A stretch of DNA of 64,000 nt, taken from contig CAWFYE010000002.1 of the NCBI GenBank assembly GCA_963819975.1, forward strand, positions 52,844 through 116,843, read 5' to 3'. The notes under the pieces are model-generated. The model worked only from the letters and a program-made list of their open reading frames with translations, did not search any database and had not been told where the DNA came from. Below are positions 30,253 to 40,618 of the stretch, piece after piece (the first letter of the stretch is position 1; every line of letters begins with the position of its first letter). The position numbers and the translations under genes were made by a program. The DNA is from an uncultured Verrucomicrobiae bacterium. Its GTDB lineage: Bacteria; Verrucomicrobiota; Verrucomicrobiia; Chthoniobacterales; UBA10450.

Positions 30253-32543
30253 ATGTCTACCTTTGCCACCTCATCGCCACCTCTCGATCCCCCGATTACG
30301 CCCGAACTGATCGCGAAGCACGGACTCACCGCGGAGGAATACGAGCGGATAAAAAAAATTCTCGGGCGCGAGCCGAACTTCACCGAGCTCGGAATTTTTT
30401 CGGTCATGTGGAGTGAGCATTGCTCCTACAAAAACTCGCGCAAGGAGCTGAAAAAATTTCCCACCAGCGGTCCAAATATTCTAGTTAAGGCAGGGGAAGA
30501 AAACGCGGGCGTGGTTGATATTGGCGACGGCTGGGCCGTCGCGTTCAAGATCGAGAGCCACAATCACCCGAGCGCGATCGAGCCGTTCCAAGGCGCCGCG
30601 ACCGGAGTCGGCGGAATTATTCGCGACATTTTCACGATGGGGGCGCGGCCAGAGTTTTTGCTCAATTCGCTTCGCTTCGGGCCGATCAATGGCGACTCGA
30701 AAAATGTGGCGACCAATCGCCGGCTCTTCAGCGGGGTCGTCGCAGGCATCGCGCACTATGGGAATTGCATCGGGGTGCCAACGATCGGGGGCGAGATTTA
30801 CTTCGACGAAAGCTTCGAGGGCAACCCGCTGGTCAATGTTTTTTGCCTGGGCGTGCTGAAACACGAACAGCTCGCGCGCGGCGCCGCCAGCGGGGTCGGT
30901 AACCCGGTCTTTTATGTTGGCGCTGAAACGGGCCGCGACGGATTGGCGGGCGCGGCTTTTGCCTCGCGCGAATTAACTGAGGAATCGAAAGAAGATCGGC
31001 CCGCGGTTCAGGTGGGCGATCCGTTCAAGGAAAAGCTCCTCCTCGAAGCGTGCCTCGAATTACTCGCAACCGACGCCGTCGCCGGCATCCAGGACATGGG
31101 CGCAGCGGGGCTCACTTGTTCGACCTGCGAAACCGCCAGCCGCGGCGGGACCGGGGTCGAGATCGACCTCGCGAAGGTGCCGAAACGCGAAACCGGGATG
31201 ACGCCTTACGAGACGCTTCTGAGCGAATCGCAGGAGCGGATGCTGATCATCGCGCGCAAGGGCAAGGAAGATGTCGTTAGGCGGATTTTTGAGAAATGGG
31301 ACGTGCCCTGCGCGGAAATCGGGCGGGTGACGGACGACGGGATGATGCGTGTGCTCGATGACGGATTGACCGCCGCCGAAATTCCGGCCAAGCCGCTGGC
31401 GGATGAGGCGCCACTCTATTCGCGGGAGGCCAGGAAATTAACCGCAGAGGACGCAGAGGAAGATTTACTTAGACAAATCTCTGCGCCATCCGCGTCCTCA
31501 GCGGTTGAATCGCTTCGCCGGCTGCTGCGCGATCCTTCGATCGCTTCCAAGAACTGGGTTTACCGGCAATACGACCACATGGTGCGCACCGGCACGGTCG
31601 TTAGGCCGGGCTCGGATGCGGCGGTTTTTCACGTGCGCGAGGCGAATAAGTTTCTCGCCGCCACGACCGACTGCAATTCGCTCTATTGCCGTCTCGACCC
31701 CCGCGAAGGCGGACGATTGCGGTCGCGGAGGCGGCACGCAATCTCACCTGCTCCGGCGCCGTCCGCTCTGGCGGTGAGCGATAACCTCAACTTCGGCAAC
31801 CCCTACAAGCCGGAAAATTTCTGGCAGTTGCGCGAGGCGGTCGAAGGGATCTCTGAAGCCTGCCGCGATTTTGGGACGCCGGTCATCGGCGGGAATGTTT
31901 CGCTTTACAACGAGAGCCCGGCCGGGGTGGTCGATCCGACCCCGACGGTCGCGATGGTCGGCCTGATCGAGCGCGAGGAATGGATCACAACGCAACATTT
32001 CAAAGCGGAGGGAGATCTTGTGATTTTGCTGGGGAATTTCGGCGATGAAATGGGCGGCTCCCACTTCTTGAAAGTGATCCATGGCCGTAAAGCCGGTCGT
32101 CCCCCGCGGCTCGACTTCAAGCCGAGAAGTAGCGCTGCAGAATGCGCTCCGCGAATTGATCCGCGCCGGCTGGGTCCGCAGCGCACACGACTGCAGCGAA
32201 GGCGGGCTGGCGTGTGGCGCTGGCGGAGAGCTGTTTCAATCCCGCTGGTTCGTTAGGGGCAAGGATCGATCTCCAGGCGGCCGGCCAACGGCGGCTCGAT
32301 CAAGTCCTCTTCAACGAAACCCAGTCGCGGATTGTCATTTCTACCATGCCCGAGAATGTCGTGGCGGTTTTAGAGTTCATGCAGAACCGAAATTTACCTG
32401 CGCATCGCCTGGGCACCATCGGGGGCGATGAACTGCGGGTGGTCGTTGGCAACGAAACGCTGCGCTGGCCGCTCGCGGAAATTCACGGCGACTGGTTCAA
32501 CGCCATCGCCGAAACGGTCAGCGGCGAACTGACCGGCTCATGA
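30253..32543 (+). pseudogene. purL: phosphoribosylformylglycinamidine synthase subunit PurL, four frame disruptions as assembled
   Basis: [31 protein letters not shown] and SESQERML are in frame 1. [16 protein letters not shown] is readable only in another frame (31713-31760). The gene returns to frame 1 ([12 protein letters not shown]...), shifts at about 32120 ([29 protein letters not shown]) and shifts again at about 32213 (VALAESCF...LFNETQSRIVIS). Confidence 0.85.
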
Positions 32544-32962
32544 AAATCGAGAAACAACACACTTACGAAAAGGTGATCCTTGGGCTCGAGCTGCTTGGTT
32601 TTGCCGCTGTCATTCTGGTTCTTTGGCTCGATGAATACGTCGACGTGCCTTATCGCTTTTTCGGCGCCCACAAGACACCGCTAAGGCCGGAGGAGTTTTG
32701 GTTCGAAGCCGTCACCGTCCTGCTGGTCGCGACCGGGGTGGTTGTGGCGACTCTTTGGATCTTCCGGCGGCTGCGCATGTTTGAGGGCTTTGTTCAAGTC
32801 TGCGCCTGGTGCAGGAAAGTGAACGTGGGCGACGAATGGGTTGCCTTCGAGCAATACCTGAAGCGGGAACACGACGTCAAATCCACTCATGGCATCTGTC
32901 CCGATTGCCGGGCGGCGGCGAGCACGCCCAAGCGGTCTGCGACGGCCGCGCAGCTCCATTGA
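32540..32962 (+). CDS. hypothetical 2-TM protein with C-terminal CxxC...H..CPxC domain
   Basis: The ATG overlaps the purL stop (ATGA). Two hydrophobic helices are followed by CAWCRKVNVGDEWVAFEQYLKREHDVKSTHGICPDC. Confidence 0.5.
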   Translation: MKIEKQHTYEKVILGLELLGFAAVILVLWLDEYVDVPYRFFGAHKTPLRPEEFWFEAVTVLLVATGVVVATLWIFRRLRMFEGFVQVCAWCRKVNVGDEWVAFEQYLKREHDVKSTHGICPDCRAAASTPKRSATAAQLH

Positions 32963-33076
32963 TGGTTGGCAACGACTGCTGCCAACCGCAGATGTGACGG
33001 CGACTGTGGAATGAGTATCTTTGCCACCCGATGGTTCACGGACGAATTTTTCCCGCCACCGCTGCCGCCTTACCCG

Positions 33077-34517
33077 ATGCACGAGTGTGGCATTTTTGGC
33101 GTGTTCGGGCATCCGAACGCGGCCGTCCTCACGTACTACGGGCTCTTCGCCCTCCAGCATCGCGGGCAGGAAAGCGCAGGGATCGTGACCTCGAACGGGC
33201 CGGGCTCGAGTTTTCTCCTCCATCGCGACATGGGGCTGGTCTCGCAGGTCTTTGGGCAGGAAGAATCTGGCCCGGCTCAAGGGGACGCGCGCCGTCGGGC
33301 ATACGCGCTATTCCACCACCGGTTCGAGCACGGTCAAGAATGCGCAACCCTTCGTGGTCGATTGTTTTCGCGGTCAGCTCGCGATTGCGCATAACGGCAA
33401 CCTGATCAATGCCGATGTCCTGCGCGACGAACTGGAACGCAAGGGCTCGATTTTCCAGACGACCGCCGACAGCGAGATCATCCTCCATCTCCTCGCTCAA
33501 CCCTCGAAAAACGGGGGCAGCATCCTGGCCGCGCTACGCCGCGTTCAGGGCGCTTTCTCGCTTATCATCATGAGCGAACGCGAAGTCATCGCGGTGCGCG
33601 ATCCGTTTGGCTTCCGTCCCCTGTCGTTAGGCAAACTCGACGGCGCCTACATTCTCGCTTCCGAGACCTGCGCCTTTGATCTCATCCACGCCGAGTTCAT
33701 CCGTGAGGTCGAGCCGGGCGAAGTGCTCATCATCAGCGAAGACGGCATTCGCTCGGAATGGCCGTTCCGGGAAGAAAACCCGGCCTTTTGCATGTTTGAG
33801 TATGTCTATTTCGCGCGGCCGGACAGCATCATCGGCGGAGTGAACGTGGCGAAAGTGCGGACCGAGATGGGCCGCGAGCTGGCCCGGCAATTCCCGGTCG
33901 AAGCCGACCTCGTTGTGCCGGTGCCCGACTCGGGCAACTACGCTGCGCTCGGTTTTGCCCACGAGCTCAATATTCCCTACGAGCACGCCTTCGTCCGCAA
34001 TCACTACATTGGGCGCACCTTCCTCCAGCCCAGCCAGTTGATTCGCGACTTCGACGTGCGGGTAAAGCTCAACCTGATCAAGGAAGCGGTCGAAGGAAAG
34101 CGGGTTGTGGTGATCGACGATTCGATCGTTAGGGGAACGACCGCACGGGCCCGCGTTGTGAATCTGCGTGAAGCTGGCGCGAAGGAGGTGCACATGCGGG
34201 TGAGCTGTCCGCCGCATCGCTTCGCCTGTCATTACGGGATCGATTTTCCAGATCCGGAAAAATTGATCGCGAACCAGAAAACGATGCCGGAAATTTGCGA
34301 ATACCTCGGGGTCGACAGCCTCGGTTACCTCGATCTCGAGGGAATGATCCGCGCCACGGGGAAGGATCCGAACAGTTTTTGCCTGGCCTGTTTCAACGGC
34401 AAATATCCGCTCCCGGTCGATCCCGAGCTGGACAAGTTCATCATGGAAAAACGCGAAGCCCGCGCCAAGGCGCTGGTCGAGGAAAAGCAGCCGACCTTAT
34501 TTGCGGGGCTGAAGTAA
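33077..34517 (+). pseudogene. purF: amidophosphoribosyltransferase, one frame disruption as assembled
   Basis: [11 protein letters not shown] (N-terminal Cys nucleophile) ...[14 protein letters not shown] is in one frame. [19 protein letters not shown]...DSGN...VVIDDSIVRGTT continues in another frame from about 33265. Confidence 0.85.
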
Positions 34518-34546
34518 GTCGTCCGCAGATTGCGCACTTTACGCAG

Positions 34547-35599
34547 ATGGAAGGAAAGCGTTCTCGAGACAATCTGCGGAAATCTGCTCACTCAAAAAAG
34601 GCGTACGCCCGAGCCGGCGTTGACGTGGACCTGGGTAATCTCGTTAAACGCAAGATCCAGGGGCGCGTCAGGAGTACGCATGGGCCGGAAGTGCTCGGCA
34701 AGATTGGCGGGTTCGGCGGTTTGTTCGCGCCGGATTTCTCCGGGATGCGCGAGCCGGTCCTGGTCGCGAGCGTCGATGGCGTCGGGACGAAATTGAAGGT
34801 CGCCTTCGCGCTCGACCGTCACGACACAGTCGGGGCCGACCTCGTGAACCATTGCATCAACGACATCGCCGTCCTCGGCGCGCGGCCGCTCTTTTTTCTC
34901 GATTACATCGGCGCGGAAAAGTTGGAGCCGCGGGTTTTCGATCAAATCCTGCGCGGGTTTAGCAAAGCTTGCCGCGCCGGCGGTTGCGCCTTGATCGGTG
35001 GCGAAACCGCACAGATGCCGGGGATGTATCAGCGAGGCGAGTACGATCTGGCGGGTTGCATCGTTGGGGTGGTCGATCGGTCGCGGATGATCGACGGTTC
35101 GCAGATCAAGCCGGGCGACCTCGTTCTCGGCCTGGCCTCGAACGGTCTGCACACCAACGGCTATTCCCTCGCGCGGAAGATTTTCTTCGAGCAATTGCGC
35201 CTGAAACCGAATGCGCGGTTGCCCGGACTGCAGAGTTCGTTAGGCGAAGAATTACTCCGGACACACAAGAATTATCAGCCCGCGCTCGCCAAAGTAGCGC
35301 GCGGGAAGCTGAAAGGCCTGGCTCACATTACGGGCGGCGGGCTGCTCGATAATCTGCCGCGGGTTTTGCCTGACGACTGCGACGCGGTCATCGATACGAC
35401 CAGCTGGAAGGTCCCCGCGATTTTCCAGATCATGCAGGAACGCGCCCGGGTTCCGCGCGATGAGATGTATCAGGTCTTCAACATGGGCATCGGGATGGCG
35501 GCGATCGTTTCCCGAAAGAATGCCGCGGCGATCGCGAAGCAATTGCGCGCCAGGATCATTGGCCGAGTCGAGCGCGGTCGCGGCGTGGTCCGGTTATAG
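34547..35599 (+). CDS. purM: phosphoribosylformylglycinamidine cyclo-ligase
   Basis: VASVDGVGTKLK, DLVNHCINDI, GGETAQMPG, SNGLHTNGYSLAR and HITGGG motifs. Confidence 0.92.
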   Translation: MEGKRSRDNLRKSAHSKKAYARAGVDVDLGNLVKRKIQGRVRSTHGPEVLGKIGGFGGLFAPDFSGMREPVLVASVDGVGTKLKVAFALDRHDTVGADLVNHCINDIAVLGARPLFFLDYIGAEKLEPRVFDQILRGFSKACRAGGCALIGGETAQMPGMYQRGEYDLAGCIVGVVDRSRMIDGSQIKPGDLVLGLASNGLHTNGYSLARKIFFEQLRLKPNARLPGLQSSLGEELLRTHKNYQPALAKVARGKLKGLAHITGGGLLDNLPRVLPDDCDAVIDTTSWKVPAIFQIMQERARVPRDEMYQVFNMGIGMAAIVSRKNAAAIAKQLRARIIGRVERGRGVVRL

Positions 35600-35686
35600 A
35601 CGCCGCCCTTTGAGCGGCGCGGGGCAGAGGGGACGCTCCAGTCGTCGCGACCTCGCTCCCCCGCTTCGCGGAGGGAAGCGTCTACA
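35595..35686. repeat. second copy of the nested-palindrome element (TATAGACGC...GCGTCTACA)
   Basis: Same architecture as 11465-11561 (terminal TAGACGC/GCGTCTA, sub-hairpins, CGGGG/CCCCG shoulders). It fills the gap between convergent purM and the 35682-36164 ORF and contains both of their TAG stops. Confidence 0.65.
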
Positions 35687-36164
35687 TGACAAGGGCGCGC
35701 CGCGGCCAAACCGCCTGAAATTTTTTTTGGAAAACACTCTCGTTCCAGCCGTCCTTTACGAAATCGCTCACGACCTCGCCGTACTTCTGCTTGTTCATGT
35801 CGGTCGAGCGATGCGTCTGAGTTTGTTTCAGATCGTAGAGCGTTCCGACAAAGGAGCCGGCTCCGGTTTCGCGCAGACCGAAAAACGAAATAGGCCCGCC
35901 GCCTGCCTGGCTCCCGTCTCCACCGCTCAACGCGCTCGGTGCACCGATCCCGGCGCCGCCTACGCCGGCCATTTTCATCGGCGCGGCGTCGTTTGTTTTC
36001 GGCATCGCTGGCATCTCCGGCAGAGTTACCTTGGCGATGCCGGTCGTGACGATGCGCCGGGTGACGGCCGGGGCGCTCATCGTGCTCTGCTTTGTCGCGA
36101 GCTGCACTTTGTGTTCGATGGAGCGACGTAAAGCCGCGAGCGACACCGGGATCGCGGCGGACAA
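35682..36164 (-). CDS. hypothetical protein
   Basis: 160-aa ORF (..FFGLRETGAGSFVGTLYDLKQT..). No family recognised. Possibly truncated. Confidence 0.35.
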   Translation of the reverse strand: MSAAIPVSLAALRRSIEHKVQLATKQSTMSAPAVTRRIVTTGIAKVTLPEMPAMPKTNDAAPMKMAGVGGAGIGAPSALSGGDGSQAGGGPISFFGLRETGAGSFVGTLYDLKQTQTHRSTDMNKQKYGEVVSDFVKDGWNESVFQKKFQAVWPRRALVM

Positions 36165-36189
36165 AAAAGTCGAAACGCCAAACGAGCGT

Positions 36190-36540
36190 TTAGCCCATCT
36201 TCTTATCGCCGGTTGATGCTCGCACCAAAAGCACCGTCAGGATCAGGTGCAGAACGACCGCTGGCCACAGGAGCATTCCGCTCATACCGCCCGCGAAGCC
36301 GAGGTAAGCGAGATATAGCGCGACGGCCGCGCCGTAGATCAACATGCCAATCCGCGGCGGACCCGGCCAGCAGGCGATCCCTAATGCGACCAGGGCGATG
36401 CCGAGCACCCGCGCCAGCGGGATGGCGGCGCCGGCCAGCTCCGCGCCGAGCAAGAGCGATCCAACGAGCGACGGGACAACAATCAATGCCGCACCCGTAG
36501 CCGCTTCGACGATGGCGGCGAGCGCGAGAAAGCTTTTCAT
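36190..36540 (-). CDS. hypothetical membrane protein
   Basis: 116-aa ORF with about four hydrophobic helices. Confidence 0.45.
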   Translation of the reverse strand: MKSFLALAAIVEAATGAALIVVPSLVGSLLLGAELAGAAIPLARVLGIALVALGIACWPGPPRIGMLIYGAAVALYLAYLGFAGGMSGMLLWPAVVLHLILTVLLVRASTGDKKMG

Positions 36541-36598
36541 CGTGTTCAGAGCGAAAGGCAGGCGGACATTTCTGACTGCCTATTTTGCAGACGGATTG

Positions 36599-39103
36599 CT
36601 AGTCTGTGGCTTTGGCGACTCGCTCCGCAGCGGCTTTCTGCTCCTCTGCCGTCATCTGGTTCGGCCCGAGTTTGAAGGTCAACTTGTCAATCGTGCCAGT
36701 GAAACGGAACGGCAGCTTGTAACTGTCGTCCACCCCCGTGCGAGTATCGCTTCCGATGTCGAAGCTCTCGTCGATAGACATGAGGATCGGAATGGTGTGC
36801 GGGATCGTCTTTTTGGCAAACTCCTTGCCATCCACCGTCATGACGCCGGTGCCGCCTTTGCCCGGGCCAGGGCCGTCATATTTGAAGTCGAACACGATCG
36901 TATGCTTGCCTGGTGCGAGTGCGCGACCCAACCAGTCTTCGGCCCCGACGCCGCCCTCCCAGCGATATCGTTCCAAATCAACGAGATTGTAGGTGAACAC
37001 CGGCTTGCCCTTGAGCAGGTAGAGGCCGTAACCGCCGAAGCGACCGCCCATCGTTGCGATCATTCCCTCCGCGCTGCCCTTGGGAACAGTGATTTCGGCC
37101 GTTATGGTGTAGTCCTTGTCTAAAATGCTTGGAGCATTGCCGACCGGAATGTTGGCATTCTCACCTTGATAGGTGAATTCTGTCTTCCCTGCGACCGCGC
37201 TTGGCCGCGGGGTGAGCAAGCGCGGCAGGATCGAGTTATCCAGGGGCAGGACCTGGTATTTTTTTGCCTCAGTCATGAATATCGCCTGCAGTTCCTTAAG
37301 TTTGGCGGGATTCTTGGCCGCGAGATCGTTGGCCTGCGAATAATCCTCCGCGATGTTGTAGAGTTCCCACTTGTAGTCGTTAACGGGCGGCAGTGGCTTG
37401 GCGCCGAGGAGCCAGACCGCCTCGGGCGGCGTAGTACAGGCATACCAGCCGTCGTGGTAGATGCCACGGTTGGCGAACATTTCGAAATACTGGGTGTCGC
37501 GCTTCGACGGTGCCTTGGCGTTCGCTGAGTCAAACGTGTAAGCCATGCTCACGCCTTCGATCGGCTTCTGCTTGATGCCGTTGACCATGTCCGGTGCCTT
37601 GATGCTCGTGGCTTCAAGGATGGTCGGCACGATGTCGATCATGTGATGGAACTGGGTGCGGATGCCGCCCACGTCCTTGATGTGGCCAGGCCACGAGATG
37701 CACATACCCTGTCGGGTGCCGCCGAAATGCGACGCGATCTGCTTGGTCCATTTAAAGGGCGTGTCAAACGCCCACGTCCAGCCCACTGCCATGTGCGGAT
37801 AAGTTTTGTCCGACCCCCAGTCCTCGTAATGCAACATCTGCACCGCTTCCGGCAAGGTCAGAATACCGTTATAGGCGGTCATCTGGTTAAACGTGCCTTC
37901 CAGGGTGCCCTCGGCGCTGGTCCCGTTGTCGCCGCTGATGTAGATGATGAGCGTGTTGTCCAGCTTGCCCATGTCGTCCACCGCCTGGATGACGCGGCCA
38001 ATCTCATTGTCAGTATAGGCAGCATAGCCGGCAAAGTTTTCCGCCTCGCGGGCATACAGTTTCTTTTGAATCAGGGAAAGTGAGTCCCACCGCGGCAGCT
38101 TCGCGCCGCCAAACTCAGCCTGACCGTCCGGCCACGGGGTAAGCTGGGTGCCCTCCGGAATCACGCCGAGCCGCTTCTGGTTGGCAAAGATCTGTTCGCG
38201 TAATTTTTCCCAACCCATGTCGAATTTGCCCTTGAACTTGTCCCTCCACTCCCGCTTCGGCTGGTGCGGCGAGTGGGTGCCGCCGGGCACGTAATAGACG
38301 AAGAACGGCTGCTCGGGCGCGGCCGCGTTCAGACTGCTCATGTATTTGATTGCCTCATCCGCCATATCGGTAGTGAGGTTGTAACCCGGCTTGCCGATCC
38401 AGGGAAAAATCGGCGTGGTGTTTTGATAAAGGTAGGGCGTCCACTGATCGGTCTCGCCGCCCATGAATCCATAAAAATACTGAAATCCCATACCCGTTGG
38501 CCATTGGTCAAAAGGGCCGGCGGCGCTGTAGAGATAGGTGGGCGTGTTATGGTTCTTGCCAAACCACGCGGTGGCGTAACCGTTCTCTTTCAGGATTTCC
38601 CCGATCGTGGCGTCATCCTGACCGATAACAGAGTCATAACCCGGATAGCCGGTGGACATTTCGCCGATGACGCCGTAACCGACCGAGTGATGATTCCGAC
38701 CAGTGATCAGCGCCGCTCTCGTTGGCGAGCAGAGCGCAGTGGAGTGGAACTGGGTATAGCGCAAACCCGCCTTGGCGATGCGGTCCAACGCTGGGGTCGG
38801 GATGACGCCGCCAAAGGTGCCCGAAACACCATAACCCTGGTCATCCGTCATGATGAGCAGGACGTTGGGCGCGCCCTTGGGCGGCACCACCCGCGGTGGC
38901 CAGTAGGGCTTGGAATCCACGGCACTTTCCTTGATCACACCGCCAAAGGGGAGCGGCGGCGGTGGGAGTTCTTTCCCGTCAATCGTGACGGTGGCGTCGG
39001 GTGAACCGGGAGTCCCGGTGATTTGCTGGGCTTTGGCGAGAGGCATGGCCGCAATGACAGCCGCAAGGATTCCGCTAAAAAGAACGCTTTTCGTTGTCTT
39101 CAT
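36599..39103 (-). CDS. arylsulfatase (formylglycine-dependent sulfatase family)
   Basis: Signal peptide, then LLIMTDDQGYG and the CSPTRAALITGRNHH (C-x-P-x-R) active-site motif. Long C-terminal extension. Confidence 0.85.
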   Translation of the reverse strand: MKTTKSVLFSGILAAVIAAMPLAKAQQITGTPGSPDATVTIDGKELPPPPLPFGGVIKESAVDSKPYWPPRVVPPKGAPNVLLIMTDDQGYGVSGTFGGVIPTPALDRIAKAGLRYTQFHSTALCSPTRAALITGRNHHSVGYGVIGEMSTGYPGYDSVIGQDDATIGEILKENGYATAWFGKNHNTPTYLYSAAGPFDQWPTGMGFQYFYGFMGGETDQWTPYLYQNTTPIFPWIGKPGYNLTTDMADEAIKYMSSLNAAAPEQPFFVYYVPGGTHSPHQPKREWRDKFKGKFDMGWEKLREQIFANQKRLGVIPEGTQLTPWPDGQAEFGGAKLPRWDSLSLIQKKLYAREAENFAGYAAYTDNEIGRVIQAVDDMGKLDNTLIIYISGDNGTSAEGTLEGTFNQMTAYNGILTLPEAVQMLHYEDWGSDKTYPHMAVGWTWAFDTPFKWTKQIASHFGGTRQGMCISWPGHIKDVGGIRTQFHHMIDIVPTILEATSIKAPDMVNGIKQKPIEGVSMAYTFDSANAKAPSKRDTQYFEMFANRGIYHDGWYACTTPPEAVWLLGAKPLPPVNDYKWELYNIAEDYSQANDLAAKNPAKLKELQAIFMTEAKKYQVLPLDNSILPRLLTPRPSAVAGKTEFTYQGENANIPVGNAPSILDKDYTITAEITVPKGSAEGMIATMGGRFGGYGLYLLKGKPVFTYNLVDLERYRWEGGVGAEDWLGRALAPGKHTIVFDFKYDGPGPGKGGTGVMTVDGKEFAKKTIPHTIPILMSIDESFDIGSDTRTGVDDSYKLPFRFTGTIDKLTFKLGPNQMTAEEQKAAAERVAKATD

Positions 39104-39343
39104 AGGTGATTTGGTTTGCCCTTCCTTGGATTCCCGGTTGAGCCGGTAGGATTCGGTCCGTTCCGCATTTCTTTGTCAAGATTGTTTTCGTAAGAGTTGA
39201 TTTCGAAGGCGCAACTTTGAGCGGCAGCGAAAGCTCGCGCTGCTCGTCGCCCGGCATTCGTTCTCCATTTTTGACACGTCCGGTCGCGCCCGGCTCCAAC
39301 TCGACAGCGGGCTCCTCGTGGACTAAAAGTCGAAACGCGCGAC

Positions 39344-39415
39344 GGGCGGTTAGCTCAGCGGTAGAGCGGCACGTTTACACCGTGTTGGTCGGGGGTTCGA
39401 TCCCCTCACCGCCCA
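39344..39415 (+). tRNA. tRNA-Val (anticodon UAC)
   Basis: GGGCGGTTAGCTCAGCGGTAGAGC...CACG-TTTACAC-CGTG...GGTTCGATCCCC...ACCGCCCA cloverleaf. No encoded CCA. Confidence 0.9.
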
Positions 39416-39451
39416 TTCCCATTTCTGCCTCTGCTCTCTTCCTTGAATAGA

Positions 39452-39913
39452 TTAAGAGGAAGAGGGAGCGGAAGAGGAAGAGCGGGCAGGGAGGATGGCG
39501 AGAGCGACGAAGCTTTGCACGACCTCATCGCGCTGGTTCAGGGTCAGACTGCGATACCGGATCAGGCCGTAGCCGGGTTTCGACCGCGAAAGGCGCGCCT
39601 CGAGAATTTCGATCTCGACCCGGATGCGATCGCCGGGATGAACAGCCGCGGGCCAGCGCAACTCATCGATCGCCCGGCCGATGATGCCGCCTTCGACCTG
39701 CATCGTCTCGATAAAGAGGCGCATTGAGACCGCCGCGGTCTGCCAGCCGCTCGCGGCCAGGCCGCCGAGCAAGTTTTCTCCGGGTTCGGACGTAAGATGA
39801 AACGGCTGCGGATCGTATTGGCGCGCGAACGCGACAATTTCCTCTGCGGAAATCGTCTGCTCGCCGGAAACGAAGCGGCGGCCTACAGGAAAATCTTCAA
39901 AGGCGCGGCCCAT
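39452..39913 (-). CDS. MaoC-like (hotdog fold) dehydratase
   Basis: FEDFPVGRRFVSGEQTISAEEIVAFARQYDPQPFHL pattern. Internal ATG at 39913 preferred. Confidence 0.7.
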   Translation of the reverse strand: MGRAFEDFPVGRRFVSGEQTISAEEIVAFARQYDPQPFHLTSEPGENLLGGLAASGWQTAAVSMRLFIETMQVEGGIIGRAIDELRWPAAVHPGDRIRVEIEILEARLSRSKPGYGLIRYRSLTLNQRDEVVQSFVALAILPARSSSSAPSSS

Positions 39914-40094
39914 GTCGCAAGATGGCCGAAGCCATGCCGGCATGGCAAGAAGGTGTGGGCGCGGCCGTGTCGGCCGCAGGCAGTGCCGGGCATTTTGCAT
40001 CGCGGGGTTTGCTCCCCTGCGACCGACACGGCCGCCTCTACCCTCGCGATTGCTCGGGCGCGCGTCCGATGTAAACTCCGCCTAACGACATCAG

Positions 40095-40532
40095 ATGAGC
40101 GAGAAAGAATTGATGGAGGCGGCCATCGCGCAGGCCCGGAAGAGTTTGAGTGAAGGAGGAATCCCGATCGGTTCGGCGCTGGCGCGCAACGGTGAGCTGC
40201 TTGCCGTCGGGCACAACAAACGCGTGCAGGACGACGATCCGGTTACGCACGCGGAGATCGATTGTCTGCGTAATGCCGGACGCATCGGAAGTTTCCGCGA
40301 CACCGTCCTCTACTCGACGCTCATGCCCTGCTATCTCTGCAGCGGCGCGGTCGTGCAGTTTGGAATTCCGAAAGTCATCGTGGGCGAGAGCCGGACCTTC
40401 CCCGGCGGACCGGAATTCATGCGGAGCCATGGCGTGGAGGTGGTCGATCTCGACTTGTCTGAGTGCAGCGAGATGATGGAGCGGTTCATCGCCGCATACC
40501 CTGAACTCTGGAACGAGGATATCGGTCGCTAA
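40095..40532 (+). CDS. CMP/dCMP-type zinc deaminase (cytosine/guanine deaminase-like)
   Basis: HAEIDCL (H-A-E) and PCYLCSGAV (PC-x-x-C) zinc motifs in 145 aa. Confidence 0.8.
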   Translation: MSEKELMEAAIAQARKSLSEGGIPIGSALARNGELLAVGHNKRVQDDDPVTHAEIDCLRNAGRIGSFRDTVLYSTLMPCYLCSGAVVQFGIPKVIVGESRTFPGGPEFMRSHGVEVVDLDLSECSEMMERFIAAYPELWNEDIGR

Positions 40533-40618
40533 GAGAAACTCCTAAAATTGGAGCTTGACCTCTGCCAGAATATTTTTGAGACTCCGGTCGCGCGAAATCC
40601 AACGTGCATTCAATCGAC

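Noticed and set aside
35700-39343. Sulfatase region next to tRNA-Val carries no exact 9-mer copy, which could indicate a genomic island.
   Set aside because: Gaps of 4-5 kb between motif copies also occur in clearly native regions (pntAB, rplA to rpoB). No integrase, direct repeat of the tRNA 3' end or mobility gene is present.
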